Source of the DNA: an uncultured Methanosarcinales archaeon
Lineage (GTDB): Archaea > Nanobdellota > Nanobdellia > Woesearchaeales > BS150m-G63
Direction: 5' to 3'
DNA length: 64,000 nucleotides
Assembly: GCA_964630685.1 (NCBI GenBank)
Contig: CAZVVW010000006.1
Span: 16 to 64,015 of the forward strand
The position numbers and the translations under genes were made by a program. Below the pieces are notes generated by a model, which saw only the letters and a list, made by a program, of their open reading frames with translations, ran no database searches and was not told where the DNA came from. This document shows, in pieces, positions 28,020-37,498 of the stretch (position 1 is its first letter; each line of letters begins with the position of its first letter).

Positions 28020-29447
28020 TTAATCTCTTTTTGCAGTTCTCACATATCTCATGTGGTATAAGATATTGTTATCCACCATATTTTTTACGAAACGTTTTGA
28101 GAACTTAATATCTAATTTTCCATCCTGATAAGGAGATTTTACTACAAAAGATTCTTTGTTTTTGTAATAAGGTTTTTCTTTGGTTGGGCTTAAACCAAAT
28201 TGTTCAAATAAAGAATTCATGTATTTGGGGTAATTTTTGTAGAGTTCTACCTTTTTATTTAATGTTGGCATGGCTTGTTCTTTGAATTGTTGAATCTCTT
28301 TATAATAAGGATAGATTATGACTGGCCCTCTTGGGTGGTCTTTTAATTCGAGAATCATCGAATTTAAATAGCTCCAATCCTCTAATGAATCTATATCCTC
28401 TAATGTTGAGGGATCGTGATTAGTTAGTTTTACTTTTAAATTCATTCCAATTCCTATTTTCGCTAATGATTCAAGATTTTTTAAAGTCATAACTGGTGGC
28501 TTATCGGTTAATTTGTATATTCTTTTATTTATTGTAGAATTTATTTTTTTGAGACTTGCGTAAATTTTAGTGTTTTCTGCTTTGCTAATGATCTTTTCAG
28601 TTAATTTAGGGATTATTCTTGGAGTTATAAAAAGAGAGCTTTTACCAAGTGCTCTAAGAGTATGTTTCCATTTACCATCTTTGATGAATCTTTCTTTTAT
28701 GAGATAAGATCTCCCTTTTTCTTTACTATTGGAATCTTCTTTAAATTCACTATAAGTTTTTCTTCCCCCAAAAAATACATCTAGTAGATTAAGATCTAGT
28801 TTATTTAAATTGAAAAGATATACATTTGGTTCTTTTACATAATATTTGATCCCTAATTTTTTCACACGAAGATGATAATTTCTTGGAAAATATCTGCCCA
28901 CTCTTTCTCTTGTGTTTAAGTTTAAAATTCCATCATAATGTGGGATATCTTTATCTTGGATTATAGGGTTTAAATTAAAACAAAAAGGTATATCTCCTGG
29001 TAGAAGTAATGTCAATTCGTTTTTTTCTAAATTTAATTTTTCTTTTCCTTTTTTGATGGTGTTTGATAAACTAAGCTCTTCCCCTTCGTGCGCAAATTTG
29101 AATCTTTCATAATCTTTGTTAGTGTTATATGTTTTTATAAATTCGTTGAGTATTTTTTCAGTGTCTCTGTTTCCAATAACAACAACTTCTTCAATATCTG
29201 ATTTGGCTAGATTCATTAAACCATAAGCCATTATGGGAATCCCATCTAATAAGAAATTAAATTTTATTCTATCTACTTTTTTTGATTTATCTCTAAGAAT
29301 TAAATGATTTAAGAATTTGTGGTCTTTTTTTCTTTCATTTTCTGCTTGAATTAGCGTATGATTATCTGCTTTTGCGCCATAATCATTATAACTACACATT
29401 AGTATGGCTGTTCTTGCTTTTTCTTTGTTGATTATTTCTTCTAACAT
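28020..29447 (-). CDS. Divergent GT-A/NTP-transferase-like protein
   Basis: EEVVVIG, LLPGDIP, DIDSLED; resembles 45248..46246. Confidence 0.55.
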   Translation of the reverse strand: MLEEIINKEKARTAILMCSYNDYGAKADNHTLIQAENERKKDHKFLNHLILRDKSKKVDRIKFNFLLDGIPIMAYGLMNLAKSDIEEVVVIGNRDTEKILNEFIKTYNTNKDYERFKFAHEGEELSLSNTIKKGKEKLNLEKNELTLLLPGDIPFCFNLNPIIQDKDIPHYDGILNLNTRERVGRYFPRNYHLRVKKLGIKYYVKEPNVYLFNLNKLDLNLLDVFFGGRKTYSEFKEDSNSKEKGRSYLIKERFIKDGKWKHTLRALGKSSLFITPRIIPKLTEKIISKAENTKIYASLKKINSTINKRIYKLTDKPPVMTLKNLESLAKIGIGMNLKVKLTNHDPSTLEDIDSLEDWSYLNSMILELKDHPRGPVIIYPYYKEIQQFKEQAMPTLNKKVELYKNYPKYMNSLFEQFGLSPTKEKPYYKNKESFVVKSPYQDGKLDIKFSKRFVKNMVDNNILYHMRYVRTAKRD

Positions 29448-29546
29448 CTGGCTTAATCTTTTGTTTTTCCTCTTAGAATTCAGAGGGGCTTAACTCGTGT
29501 TTCACCTCTTTAATTGATTATTTAGGGTTGAGTATTTAAACTTTAC

Positions 29547-31229
29547 TCATAAATTTAATTTTTTGACCATATAAGGTCCTTGTTTTTTATAGCCTAATTT
29601 TTTATAATAATTTCTTACACCAACTCCACTAATAATTACTATTTTGTTCTTGTTGTTTTGTTTTGCGATTTGTTCTGCTTTTTTTAGTAATGTTTTTCCA
29701 AATCCCTTATGTTGAACTTTTCCTGATTTTCCAATCCCTATTGCTGAACCATAAATATGAAGTTCCCTAATTAAAGCAGAATCTTTTGTGATTTCTTTTC
29801 TTAATTGGTGTGCTGGAAGTCTTAATCTGCAAAATCCTAGTAATTTGTTCTTTTTTGTGTCTTCTGAAGAGATAAAGAACTCTGTGCCTTCAGAAGCTTT
29901 GTAGATTCTGATTATTGTGGAAGGATTGAAATCACTTTCTTTTTTTGGTTCTCTGCAACGGATACAATTACATTTTATGTGTTCTTTTTCCATTAATTGG
30001 TGGATATATTGCCTTAGATTTGTTTGTGAAACTCCTGCAGAAGTTGTGTAAGTGGGAATATCTCTCTGTACACGCATTATTCTTACATAATGAGGAATAT
30101 TTTTTTTGAATTCAAGAAGCATTTCTGCTGCTTGTTTAGTAGTTATTGGTTCGAACTTCTTTTGTTTCCAGAGTTTGTAGAGTTCTGTTCCTGGAAGCAC
30201 CATACAAGGGTATATTTTTAACATGTCTGGCTGATAGTTTTGATTAATGAATAATGAATTGAGCATATCGATGTCTGTTTTTTTATTAGAAAAAGGAAGT
30301 CCAGGCATCATGTGGTAATTAATTTTAAATCCGAGATCTTTTAAAATTGCTGTTGTTTTTATTGAATCTTCTATAGTGTGCCCTCTTTTAATGAAATCTA
30401 AAGTTCTGTTGGAGGTTGTTTGAACCCCCAATTCTATTCTTGTGCAACCGAATCTCAATAGTTCGTTTGCGTGTTCTAAAGTGGCATAATCTGGTCTTGT
30501 TTCTATTGTTAAACCAACACATTTTGTGTTTGAATTTTCATTCAGTTTTTGTTCTTTTTCTAGATTTGAGGGGTTTTTGGTTTTTAGTGCTAAGAGTTTT
30601 TTATGAATTCTTTTCTTTCTTTCTTTGTCGTTGATGTCATGCGGAAGTTCAAAGAATTTTTTGAATTTTATTATATCTAATTTGTTGTTTTTGAAAAATA
30701 ATTTGGAAAAATCATTTATGGCTTTAAAGGAATAAATAATGAAATTTTCTTTGTATTTTTTTGGAAAACTGGGGAAAGTGCCACCCATAACTATTAGTTC
30801 TATTTTTTCAAAATTATGGCCTAATACAGCATATTGTTCAAGTCTATTCATAACTTGTAGGTAAGGGTCAAAGAGATTTCTTATTCCACGCATTGTTGCT
30901 GGTTCTTTTCCAGTATAACTTTGAGGGATATCTCCAAAAAAAGAATTTGGCCCTCCAGGACACATTATACATTTACCATGAGGACATTTGAATGGTTTTG
31001 TCATTATTGCTACAACTGCAACTCCACTGATTGTTCTTACTGGTTTTGTCTGTAGCTGTTTTATTTTTGGAAGATCTTTGGGTTCTGTGTTTAGTAGGAT
31101 TTCTATATCTGTTGGAATTTTTTTTAATTTATATTTAGAGCATAATTTAATTTTAAGTTTAGATATTTGCTCTTTGTTGAGCTTTTTTTCTTTTATTATG
31201 TTGATAATTTCTTGGTAAAATTCTTTCAT
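29547..31229 (-). CDS. elp3: Elp3 tRNA U34 carboxymethyltransferase (radical SAM + KAT)
   Basis: CPHGKCIMCPGG, PQSYTG, ETRPD, RELHIYG, QHKGFG. Confidence 0.95.
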   Translation of the reverse strand: MKEFYQEIINIIKEKKLNKEQISKLKIKLCSKYKLKKIPTDIEILLNTEPKDLPKIKQLQTKPVRTISGVAVVAIMTKPFKCPHGKCIMCPGGPNSFFGDIPQSYTGKEPATMRGIRNLFDPYLQVMNRLEQYAVLGHNFEKIELIVMGGTFPSFPKKYKENFIIYSFKAINDFSKLFFKNNKLDIIKFKKFFELPHDINDKERKKRIHKKLLALKTKNPSNLEKEQKLNENSNTKCVGLTIETRPDYATLEHANELLRFGCTRIELGVQTTSNRTLDFIKRGHTIEDSIKTTAILKDLGFKINYHMMPGLPFSNKKTDIDMLNSLFINQNYQPDMLKIYPCMVLPGTELYKLWKQKKFEPITTKQAAEMLLEFKKNIPHYVRIMRVQRDIPTYTTSAGVSQTNLRQYIHQLMEKEHIKCNCIRCREPKKESDFNPSTIIRIYKASEGTEFFISSEDTKKNKLLGFCRLRLPAHQLRKEITKDSALIRELHIYGSAIGIGKSGKVQHKGFGKTLLKKAEQIAKQNNKNKIVIISGVGVRNYYKKLGYKKQGPYMVKKLNL

Positions 31230-31264
31230 TGTGCTTAAAATCCAAGTAAGTAATAAGTAGGCCA

Positions 31265-31346
31265 GTTTTTATGGAAGAAAATTTGATGATATACATAATA
31301 ATTTTCTTTTCATAGCCTCCCTTACGAAGCGTAAATCCATAAAAAC
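31265..31346. mobile_element. 82-bp MITE-like insertion with 11-bp TIRs and 13-bp flanking direct repeats
   Basis: GTTTTTATGGA/TCCATAAAAAC ends; AATAAGTAGGCCA at 31252-31264 and 31347-31359. Confidence 0.55.
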
Positions 31347-31423
31347 AATAAGTAGGCCATCTTACTTATTACTTACAAATCAATAAAGGGTTTATAAATA
31401 TTTAGAATAAATTCAGAACAAAC

Positions 31424-32116
31424 TTATTTTTTACTAATTTTTTCTTTTATTTTTTTTAGAAATCTTTTTCCGTGTTTTCCTAAGTGTGTTCCTGCTTTAT
31501 CAATTAGTTCTTTACTTTTCTGTAATCTTTGTTGCATTGCTGCGCCATAATAACCCATCACAGATTCAACATCTTCAATTTTGTTGTGGTATTTCTCTAT
31601 AAAAGCAAGGTGAGTTAAGTCTGTTTTTTTTGGTTCTGGAACTATTTCATTAGGGATTCCTATAGTAATTATTGCTTGAGGTCTTGCGTTTTTTGGAATT
31701 GAAACTGCTTTTCTTACCATATTCTCCTCAAAAGCACCAACCCAACATGCTCCTAGCTCTAAATCATGTGCTGTTAATAACATGTTTTGCATTGCAGCTG
31801 CACAATTTTGAACAGTATAGAGTCTTTCACCTCTAAGGCCATAGAATTGTTTTGCAACTTCACTTACGCCACAAATCACTATATGTACTGGTGCAGTTGC
31901 CATCCAATCTTGTTGTAGACATGCGTCTGCTAATTGTTTTCTTGTTTCTTTATCTTTTACAATAATAAATCTCCAGTTTTGTAGGTTTCCAGAAGAAGGG
32001 GCCATTGCTCCAGCTTCGATGATTATTCCTATTTTTTCTTTAGGTACTTCTAGGTCAAGATATCTTCTAATAGAACGTCTCCCTTTTATGCACTCTAGTA
32101 AGTCCACTTTGTTCAC
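31424..32116 (-). CDS. Nitroreductase family protein
   Basis: RRSIRRY, APSSGNLQNW, LGACWVGAF. Confidence 0.92.
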   Translation of the reverse strand: MNKVDLLECIKGRRSIRRYLDLEVPKEKIGIIIEAGAMAPSSGNLQNWRFIIVKDKETRKQLADACLQQDWMATAPVHIVICGVSEVAKQFYGLRGERLYTVQNCAAAMQNMLLTAHDLELGACWVGAFEENMVRKAVSIPKNARPQAIITIGIPNEIVPEPKKTDLTHLAFIEKYHNKIEDVESVMGYYGAAMQQRLQKSKELIDKAGTHLGKHGKRFLKKIKEKISKK

Positions 32117-32261
32117 ACTCTTTTGAAATTCTTTAAGCTTAAAACTTTTTTCAAAACATGGAGTGTTTTGTTCAAAAGTTAAAAAGACGCTTAAAGTCGC
32201 CTTTAAGGTTTTTCCTTCAAAAGTTTTAAATATCTACTAATATTTATATTTATTGATAATT

Positions 32262-34184
32262 ATGTTATATAAAGAGCTTGTTGAAGTATATGAAAAAATT
32301 AGTGGAACAACTAAAAGGTTAGAAAAAACTTATTTTGTTTCTGAATTAATTAAGAAAACTTCTATTGATGAATTGGCTATGGCTTTGTTGTTATTAAGGG
32401 GGGAATTATATCCTAATTGGAATAAAAATGAATTAGGGGTTGCTTCTAGACTCGTGCTTAAAGCGATTAACGTAGCTACTGGGATAAGTGTAAAGAAAAT
32501 AGAAGATGAATGGAGAAAAACAGGTGATTTGGGTGAATGTGCTAAGAATCTTATCTCTGAAAAAAAACAAGTAACCTTGTTTTCGCAATCTCTTGATGTC
32601 GAAAAAGTGTTTAATGACTTAAGAAAATTAACAACTATAAATGGAAATGGTGCGGTAGATCATAAAGTTAAAATTATTTCTGGTTTATTGAGTAGCGCAA
32701 GCCCAGATGAAGCAAGATATATTGTGAGAACAGTGCTAGAGGATTTGCGTGTTGGTGTTGGCGAAGGTACAATAAGAGATGCAGTAGTCTGGAGTTGTTT
32801 TCCTCCAATCGCAGGCATTTTTTTTAAGTGTCAAAAATGCGATAAATTTGTTCCTAATGCAGATAAATGTGTTGAGTGTGGAGAATCTATCGATAATAAA
32901 TTTTCAAATGAGATTAATAGATTAGATAAAGGAAATAAAGTCTTAAAAGTTGAAAAATTAAAAGATTTGGTTGATATCCAAAAATATGATTTTATTGTTT
33001 GTGAAACGGATGTGTTGGCAAGAGGGTGTTATAATTACCTTATTGAAATTGTGCAGTCAGCGTATGATATGAAAAATGATTTTTCTGAAGTAGCAGTTAT
33101 AACAAGAAAAAAAGGGATCAAAGGTTTACTTGCTGTTGAAATGGAAGCAGGAAAACCAATAAAAGTGATGCTTTATCAGAAATCTAAAGGAATTACAGAT
33201 GCTTTTGAAACTGTTGGATTGCCTGCTGCGATTGAATATAAATACGATGGATTTAGGATACAAATCCATAAATCTAAATCAGGAATTAAGATATTCACAA
33301 GAAGATTAGATGATGTTACAACCCAATTTCCAGATATTGTTAAAGTTGTTAAGAAAAATATTTCTGGAAATTCTTTTATAATTGATGCAGAAGTCGTTGG
33401 GTATGATAAGAAAACTAAAAAATATCTTCCATTTCAAGGAATTTCTCAGAGGATAAAGAGAAAATATGATATTGATAAGATGTGCGATGAACTTCCTGTT
33501 GAGTTGAATACTTTTGATATTGTGTTTTATGATGGGAAAAACTTGTTGAAAGAACCATTCAGTAAGCGAAGAGAAGTGCTTGTTAAAGCTGTGAAAGAAG
33601 AGAAATATAAAGTTGTGCCTGCAAAACAATTGATTACTAAAAGTGTAAAAGAGGCTGAGAAGTTTTATGAAGAGTCGCTTTCTGCAGGAGAAGAAGGAAT
33701 TATGGTTAAAAAACTAGATGCACCATATAAACCAGGGTCTAGGGTAGGTTATGGGGTTAAAGTTAAACCTGTGATGGAAACACTCGATTTAGTGATTATT
33801 GGAGCTGAATGGGGAAAAGGCAAAAGAAAAGGGTGGTTGAGCAGTTTTGAGATTGCCTGCGTAGATGAAGAAGGAAAATTATATGGGGTTGGTAAAGTGG
33901 GTACTGGAATTAAAGAATTAGAAACAGATGGAATGGTTGGAGCTACATTTAATCAATTGACTAAACTTCTTAAACCTTTGATAACTGCTGAAAAAGGCAC
34001 TAAAGTTGTATTGAAACCAACTCTTGTTGTGGAAGTTAATTATGAAGAAATACAAAAAAGTCCTACTTATGGCAGTGGATATGCGTTGAGATTTCCAAGA
34101 ATGATTCAAATAAGAGAAGATAAACCTATAATTGAAGCTAGTACGTTGGGTTTGATAGAAGAATTATATTCTAGTCAGAGATAA
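32262..34184 (+). CDS. lig: ATP-dependent DNA ligase
   Basis: EYKYDGFR, DAEVV, EGIMVK, DLVIIGA, LRFPR. Confidence 0.95.
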   Translation: MLYKELVEVYEKISGTTKRLEKTYFVSELIKKTSIDELAMALLLLRGELYPNWNKNELGVASRLVLKAINVATGISVKKIEDEWRKTGDLGECAKNLISEKKQVTLFSQSLDVEKVFNDLRKLTTINGNGAVDHKVKIISGLLSSASPDEARYIVRTVLEDLRVGVGEGTIRDAVVWSCFPPIAGIFFKCQKCDKFVPNADKCVECGESIDNKFSNEINRLDKGNKVLKVEKLKDLVDIQKYDFIVCETDVLARGCYNYLIEIVQSAYDMKNDFSEVAVITRKKGIKGLLAVEMEAGKPIKVMLYQKSKGITDAFETVGLPAAIEYKYDGFRIQIHKSKSGIKIFTRRLDDVTTQFPDIVKVVKKNISGNSFIIDAEVVGYDKKTKKYLPFQGISQRIKRKYDIDKMCDELPVELNTFDIVFYDGKNLLKEPFSKRREVLVKAVKEEKYKVVPAKQLITKSVKEAEKFYEESLSAGEEGIMVKKLDAPYKPGSRVGYGVKVKPVMETLDLVIIGAEWGKGKRKGWLSSFEIACVDEEGKLYGVGKVGTGIKELETDGMVGATFNQLTKLLKPLITAEKGTKVVLKPTLVVEVNYEEIQKSPTYGSGYALRFPRMIQIREDKPIIEASTLGLIEELYSSQR

Positions 34185-34192
34185 TTATTTGT

Positions 34193-35005
34193 TTATTCCC
34201 CTTTGAATACATCAAGGTTTAAAGAATATAAATAATCTATAATATTTTTTTGATCTTTCTTTAGTCTATTGTAATCTTGCATACCTTCTAAGAAATATTG
34301 TTTATTCAATTCTTTGTGAGTTGAAAGGGCTATAATATCAAATATATCTGCATATAATCTTATTTTTGCAATAGCTTTTTGGGATTCTTTAGGATCTAAG
34401 TTAAATTGATTAATAATGTGGTCTTTTTTTAAATCATTTATTGAATTTTGTAAACTATCTAGTTTTGTGTTTTTTGGATTTTTCAGATTATAATTTTCCA
34501 TAAAACGTTTAGATCTTAAGAATTTGTGTAATAATAAGTCTTCTGTTGGAGTTACTCTTAAGGTATTTCCTTCGAAATTTACTGTTTGGGCGTTTGAGTT
34601 TTCTCTTTCTGTAACTTTTTGAAGCCAAGGATAAGAGCGTTGACTCTTTCTAGGGTATTGAAGAATTATAATGTCATTTTTATCTTCTAATTGAATGTCA
34701 TAAGTTGCCCTTTTCTTTTTAGTGCTTTGTTTGTATCCTTTACTTAATAATTCTTCTAAACCCATCATGATTGATTCTTGGAATTCTCCTAAAGATAATT
34801 TTTGAATACCATTTGTATCTATATCTGAACTTGTTCTGTGAAGATTTTTAGGTAGAAAAAAATGTGTGCTCATACCTCCACAAAAATATTGGTCCTTTTT
34901 TTGACATTTAGAAATGGCAGAGTAAACATCCTTAACTATCTGATCTTCTAATGTATGTAAATATTTTTTATTCATTTGAATTTCTTTAGATCTTATATTG
35001 TTCAT
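34193..35005 (-). CDS. Nucleotidyltransferase-like protein (AbiEii/MenT-like motif)
   Basis: FCGGMS...RTSSDID; EDLLLHK; DIFDI. Confidence 0.55.
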   Translation of the reverse strand: MNNIRSKEIQMNKKYLHTLEDQIVKDVYSAISKCQKKDQYFCGGMSTHFFLPKNLHRTSSDIDTNGIQKLSLGEFQESIMMGLEELLSKGYKQSTKKKRATYDIQLEDKNDIIILQYPRKSQRSYPWLQKVTERENSNAQTVNFEGNTLRVTPTEDLLLHKFLRSKRFMENYNLKNPKNTKLDSLQNSINDLKKDHIINQFNLDPKESQKAIAKIRLYADIFDIIALSTHKELNKQYFLEGMQDYNRLKKDQKNIIDYLYSLNLDVFKGE

Positions 35006-35173
35006 AGTTGGTTTTCTCCTATATAAATGTTTCTATTTTGTTACTACCTTTAAGTGTCAAATATTATCTAAAGATATTTGAAGATTATTTGAATAATTAA
35101 AGAAGTGTTATGAATTGCTTTTAGTTTTTAATTGTTTTCTTTTGTTCTTGTTGGTTTGTGTTTCCTTTAATGT

Positions 35174-35206
35174 TTTCAAAAATGGAACATTGTTTCAAAA
35201 ATGGAA
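35174..35206. promoter_or_regulatory. Tandem 14-bp direct repeat, putative operator
   Basis: TTTCAAAAATGGAA at 35174-35187 and 35193-35206, just upstream of TATATATA (35210). Confidence 0.5.
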
Positions 35207-35239
35207 AACTATATATATGAGGGATGTTTTTCTTTTTGT

Positions 35240-35773
35240 ATGCATGACGAAAACTTGTTGGGGAATTTATTTGACACCAAGTCTTTGAAGATATTAAGGT
35301 TATTTCTCGACGACAAAGATAAAGAGTTTTATTTGAGGGAAATTTCTAAAAAAGTAAATGTTCCTGTAGCTACAACTTTTAGAATAGTAAAAAGATTAGT
35401 GGAACTCAGGGTTGTTGAGTTATTAATGATCAAGAAGTTTAAGCTGTATAAATTGGCCGATAATGATAATACTATATTTTTAGAGGGGGTGCTGAAAGAA
35501 AAGAAAAGGGCGCTTGAAGAGTTTGTTAATTCAGCTAAGAATATTGATTCTATCGACGAGATAATCTTGCACGGGAAGGAAACTGAAAAGCGTGCAAGTG
35601 TGTTGCTTATTGGTGAAAATATTGATGCTGGAGAAGTAAAAAGGTTGTGTGCAGAGATAAAAGAAAAATATAATTTTGTTGTTTCTATACTTTCTTTGGG
35701 CAGAGATCAGTTTGAACAGATGAAGGGAATGGAGTTATTTCCTAAAGTAAAAAAGAGCCTTTATCGTCGATAA
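35240..35773 (+). CDS. wHTH regulator with degenerate nucleotidyltransferase-like C-domain
   Basis: FYLREISKKVNVPVATTFRIV HTH; IILHG; start reassigned to 35240. Confidence 0.75.
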   Translation: MHDENLLGNLFDTKSLKILRLFLDDKDKEFYLREISKKVNVPVATTFRIVKRLVELRVVELLMIKKFKLYKLADNDNTIFLEGVLKEKKRALEEFVNSAKNIDSIDEIILHGKETEKRASVLLIGENIDAGEVKRLCAEIKEKYNFVVSILSLGRDQFEQMKGMELFPKVKKSLYRR

Positions 35774-36151
35774 AAATAGATTTTTTAAGTTTATTTTAGA
35801 TTAATATACACTTAAATATATATTCTACAGAATAAAAACATTTATATATTAGTTTCGCCACTAATAAGAAATAAATAAAACCGAGTTTTTTGGTAGAAAA
35901 CTCACATCTTTTAACGTTCTGGTGGAAATGAAGAGTTAATCAGTCTTATTTCCGTGAAACAAGCTTTGTCTGGGTTTGAATTACTTGTTGGTAGCAAGTA
36001 ACGCACTTGTTCTTAATAGTTGGAGTATCATTACTCTAATATAAATATTATGTAAGGGGGATATTCATATTCCTAAATATATGATAGAGGATATAGATAA
36101 AACAAAAAAAAATAACAAAAAAAATAACAAAAGGGGGTTTAAACACACAAA

Positions 36152-37231
36152 ATGGAGGAAATAATACAAAACGCAGTTGACAACACAGACAGTAAACAAT
36201 TTGAAGGGATTAAAGTGCATCAAGCAAATATTAAAGTTATAGGAGTGGGTGGAGCAGGTAATAATATGGTTTCTTGGCTATATAAAAAAGGAATCAAGGG
36301 AGCAGAAATTATTGCATGTAATACTGATCAACAACACTTAGATGTTTCTGAGGCAGATAGAAAATACTTAATTGGTAGGGAGAGCACCAGAGGTCTTGGA
36401 GCAGGAGGATATCCAGCTAAAGGTACTGATGCAGCTCAAGAAAGTATGCAAGAAATTAAAGATTCTTTGAAAGGATCTGATATGGTATTTGTTTGCGCAG
36501 GAATGGGTGGCGGAACTGGAACAGGTGCTGCACCAGTTGTAGCAGGTGTTGCTAGAGATACTAATTCAATAGTTATTGGAACAGTTACAATGCCTTTCAA
36601 AGTTGAAAGGGCTAGAGTAGATAAAGCTGAATTTGGTTTACAACAGTTAAGGCAAGTTGCAGATACAGTCATTGTTATTGATAACAATAGACTTGTTGAA
36701 ATAGCAGGTAATTTACCAATACAACAAGCATTTGCAGTAGCAAACGAATTAATTTCAACTATGATTAAAGGAATTGTTGAAACTATTGCTGTACCAAGTT
36801 TAGTTAATTTGGATTATGCAGATGTAAGGGCAATTATGAAAGATGGTGGTGTTGCAGCCATTGGTGTGGGTGCATCAGACACAACCAACAAAGTTGAAGA
36901 AGCTGTAAAAGGCGCATTAACAAACCCCCTATTAGATATAAGTTACAAGGGAGCTAGTGGCGCATTAATCCATGTATGCGGTGGACCAGATTTAACTCTG
37001 GATGAAATCAGCGAAATTGGAGAATTAGTGACAGAAAGCCTAGATGAAGACGCAAATGTCATTTGGGGAGCAAGAATCGATGAAGATATGAAGGGAAAAG
37101 TTACTGTGATGACTATCATTACAGGAGTAAAATCCCCATGGATTCTTGGTAAAATGGATGCTAAAGCTCAAGCTGCTGAAACAGCTACCTTGATGAATGA
37201 AGAGTTAGGTATAAAAATCATGGATAGATGA
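36152..37231 (+). CDS. ftsZ: Cell division protein FtsZ
   Basis: GVGGAGNN, GMGGGTGTG, NLDYAD. Confidence 0.97.
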   Translation: MEEIIQNAVDNTDSKQFEGIKVHQANIKVIGVGGAGNNMVSWLYKKGIKGAEIIACNTDQQHLDVSEADRKYLIGRESTRGLGAGGYPAKGTDAAQESMQEIKDSLKGSDMVFVCAGMGGGTGTGAAPVVAGVARDTNSIVIGTVTMPFKVERARVDKAEFGLQQLRQVADTVIVIDNNRLVEIAGNLPIQQAFAVANELISTMIKGIVETIAVPSLVNLDYADVRAIMKDGGVAAIGVGASDTTNKVEEAVKGALTNPLLDISYKGASGALIHVCGGPDLTLDEISEIGELVTESLDEDANVIWGARIDEDMKGKVTVMTIITGVKSPWILGKMDAKAQAAETATLMNEELGIKIMDR

Positions 37232-37309
37232 TCACCAATGATTAGGTGAGGCCTTTCTTGCCTTCATTTTTTTACCACCCCCAACGTTAAATTAGTGAAG
37301 GCATTTATT

Positions 37310-37340
37310 ATCCCCTTCGGGGGATTTATTTTTTTATTTT
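37310..37340 (+). terminator. Hairpin plus U-tract terminator-like element
   Basis: ATCCCC-TTCG-GGGGAT then T-run, downstream of ftsZ. Confidence 0.6.
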
Positions 37341-37348
37341 TATGGTTT

Positions 37349-37498
37349 TTATAGGGAACAAGCAGGAAAACAAGTTTTCTGCTAGCGAACGAATTTGAAA
37401 ACAAATTCATTCGAAAGAGGTGACTTATAGGGGAACTATCAGAAAGTAAATTTTCTGAAGGCAAGTAAATCTTAACAGATTAGTTTGCAAAGAGGTGA
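37349..37498. repeat. Tandem 75-nt structured repeat, candidate ncRNA
   Basis: Two units: TTATAGGG(G)AAC, hairpin, hairpin, AAAGAGGTGA. Confidence 0.55.

Noticed and set aside
31269..31313. 14-aa uORF rich in A-ending codons upstream of elp3, a possible U34-sensing leader
   Set aside because: GGAGG is only 2 nt from the ATG, A-ending codons are expected at this AT content, and it lies inside the MITE-like insertion.
32120..32230. Short inverted repeats between nitroreductase and ligase
   Set aside because: 7-bp AT-rich stems in a divergent promoter region; compatible with chance or ordinary operators.
32796..33040. Possible intein in DNA ligase
   Set aside because: Starts with Cys but has no HN followed by C/S/T and no splicing blocks; looks like a Zn ribbon.
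37264..37464. 66-aa minus-strand ORF downstream of ftsZ
   Set aside because: Spans hairpins and T-tracts; no protein-like features.
37349..37498. CRISPR mini-array reading of the tandem units
   Set aside because: Conserved parts are only 10-12 nt, the variable parts are self-complementary, and no cas genes are in the window.
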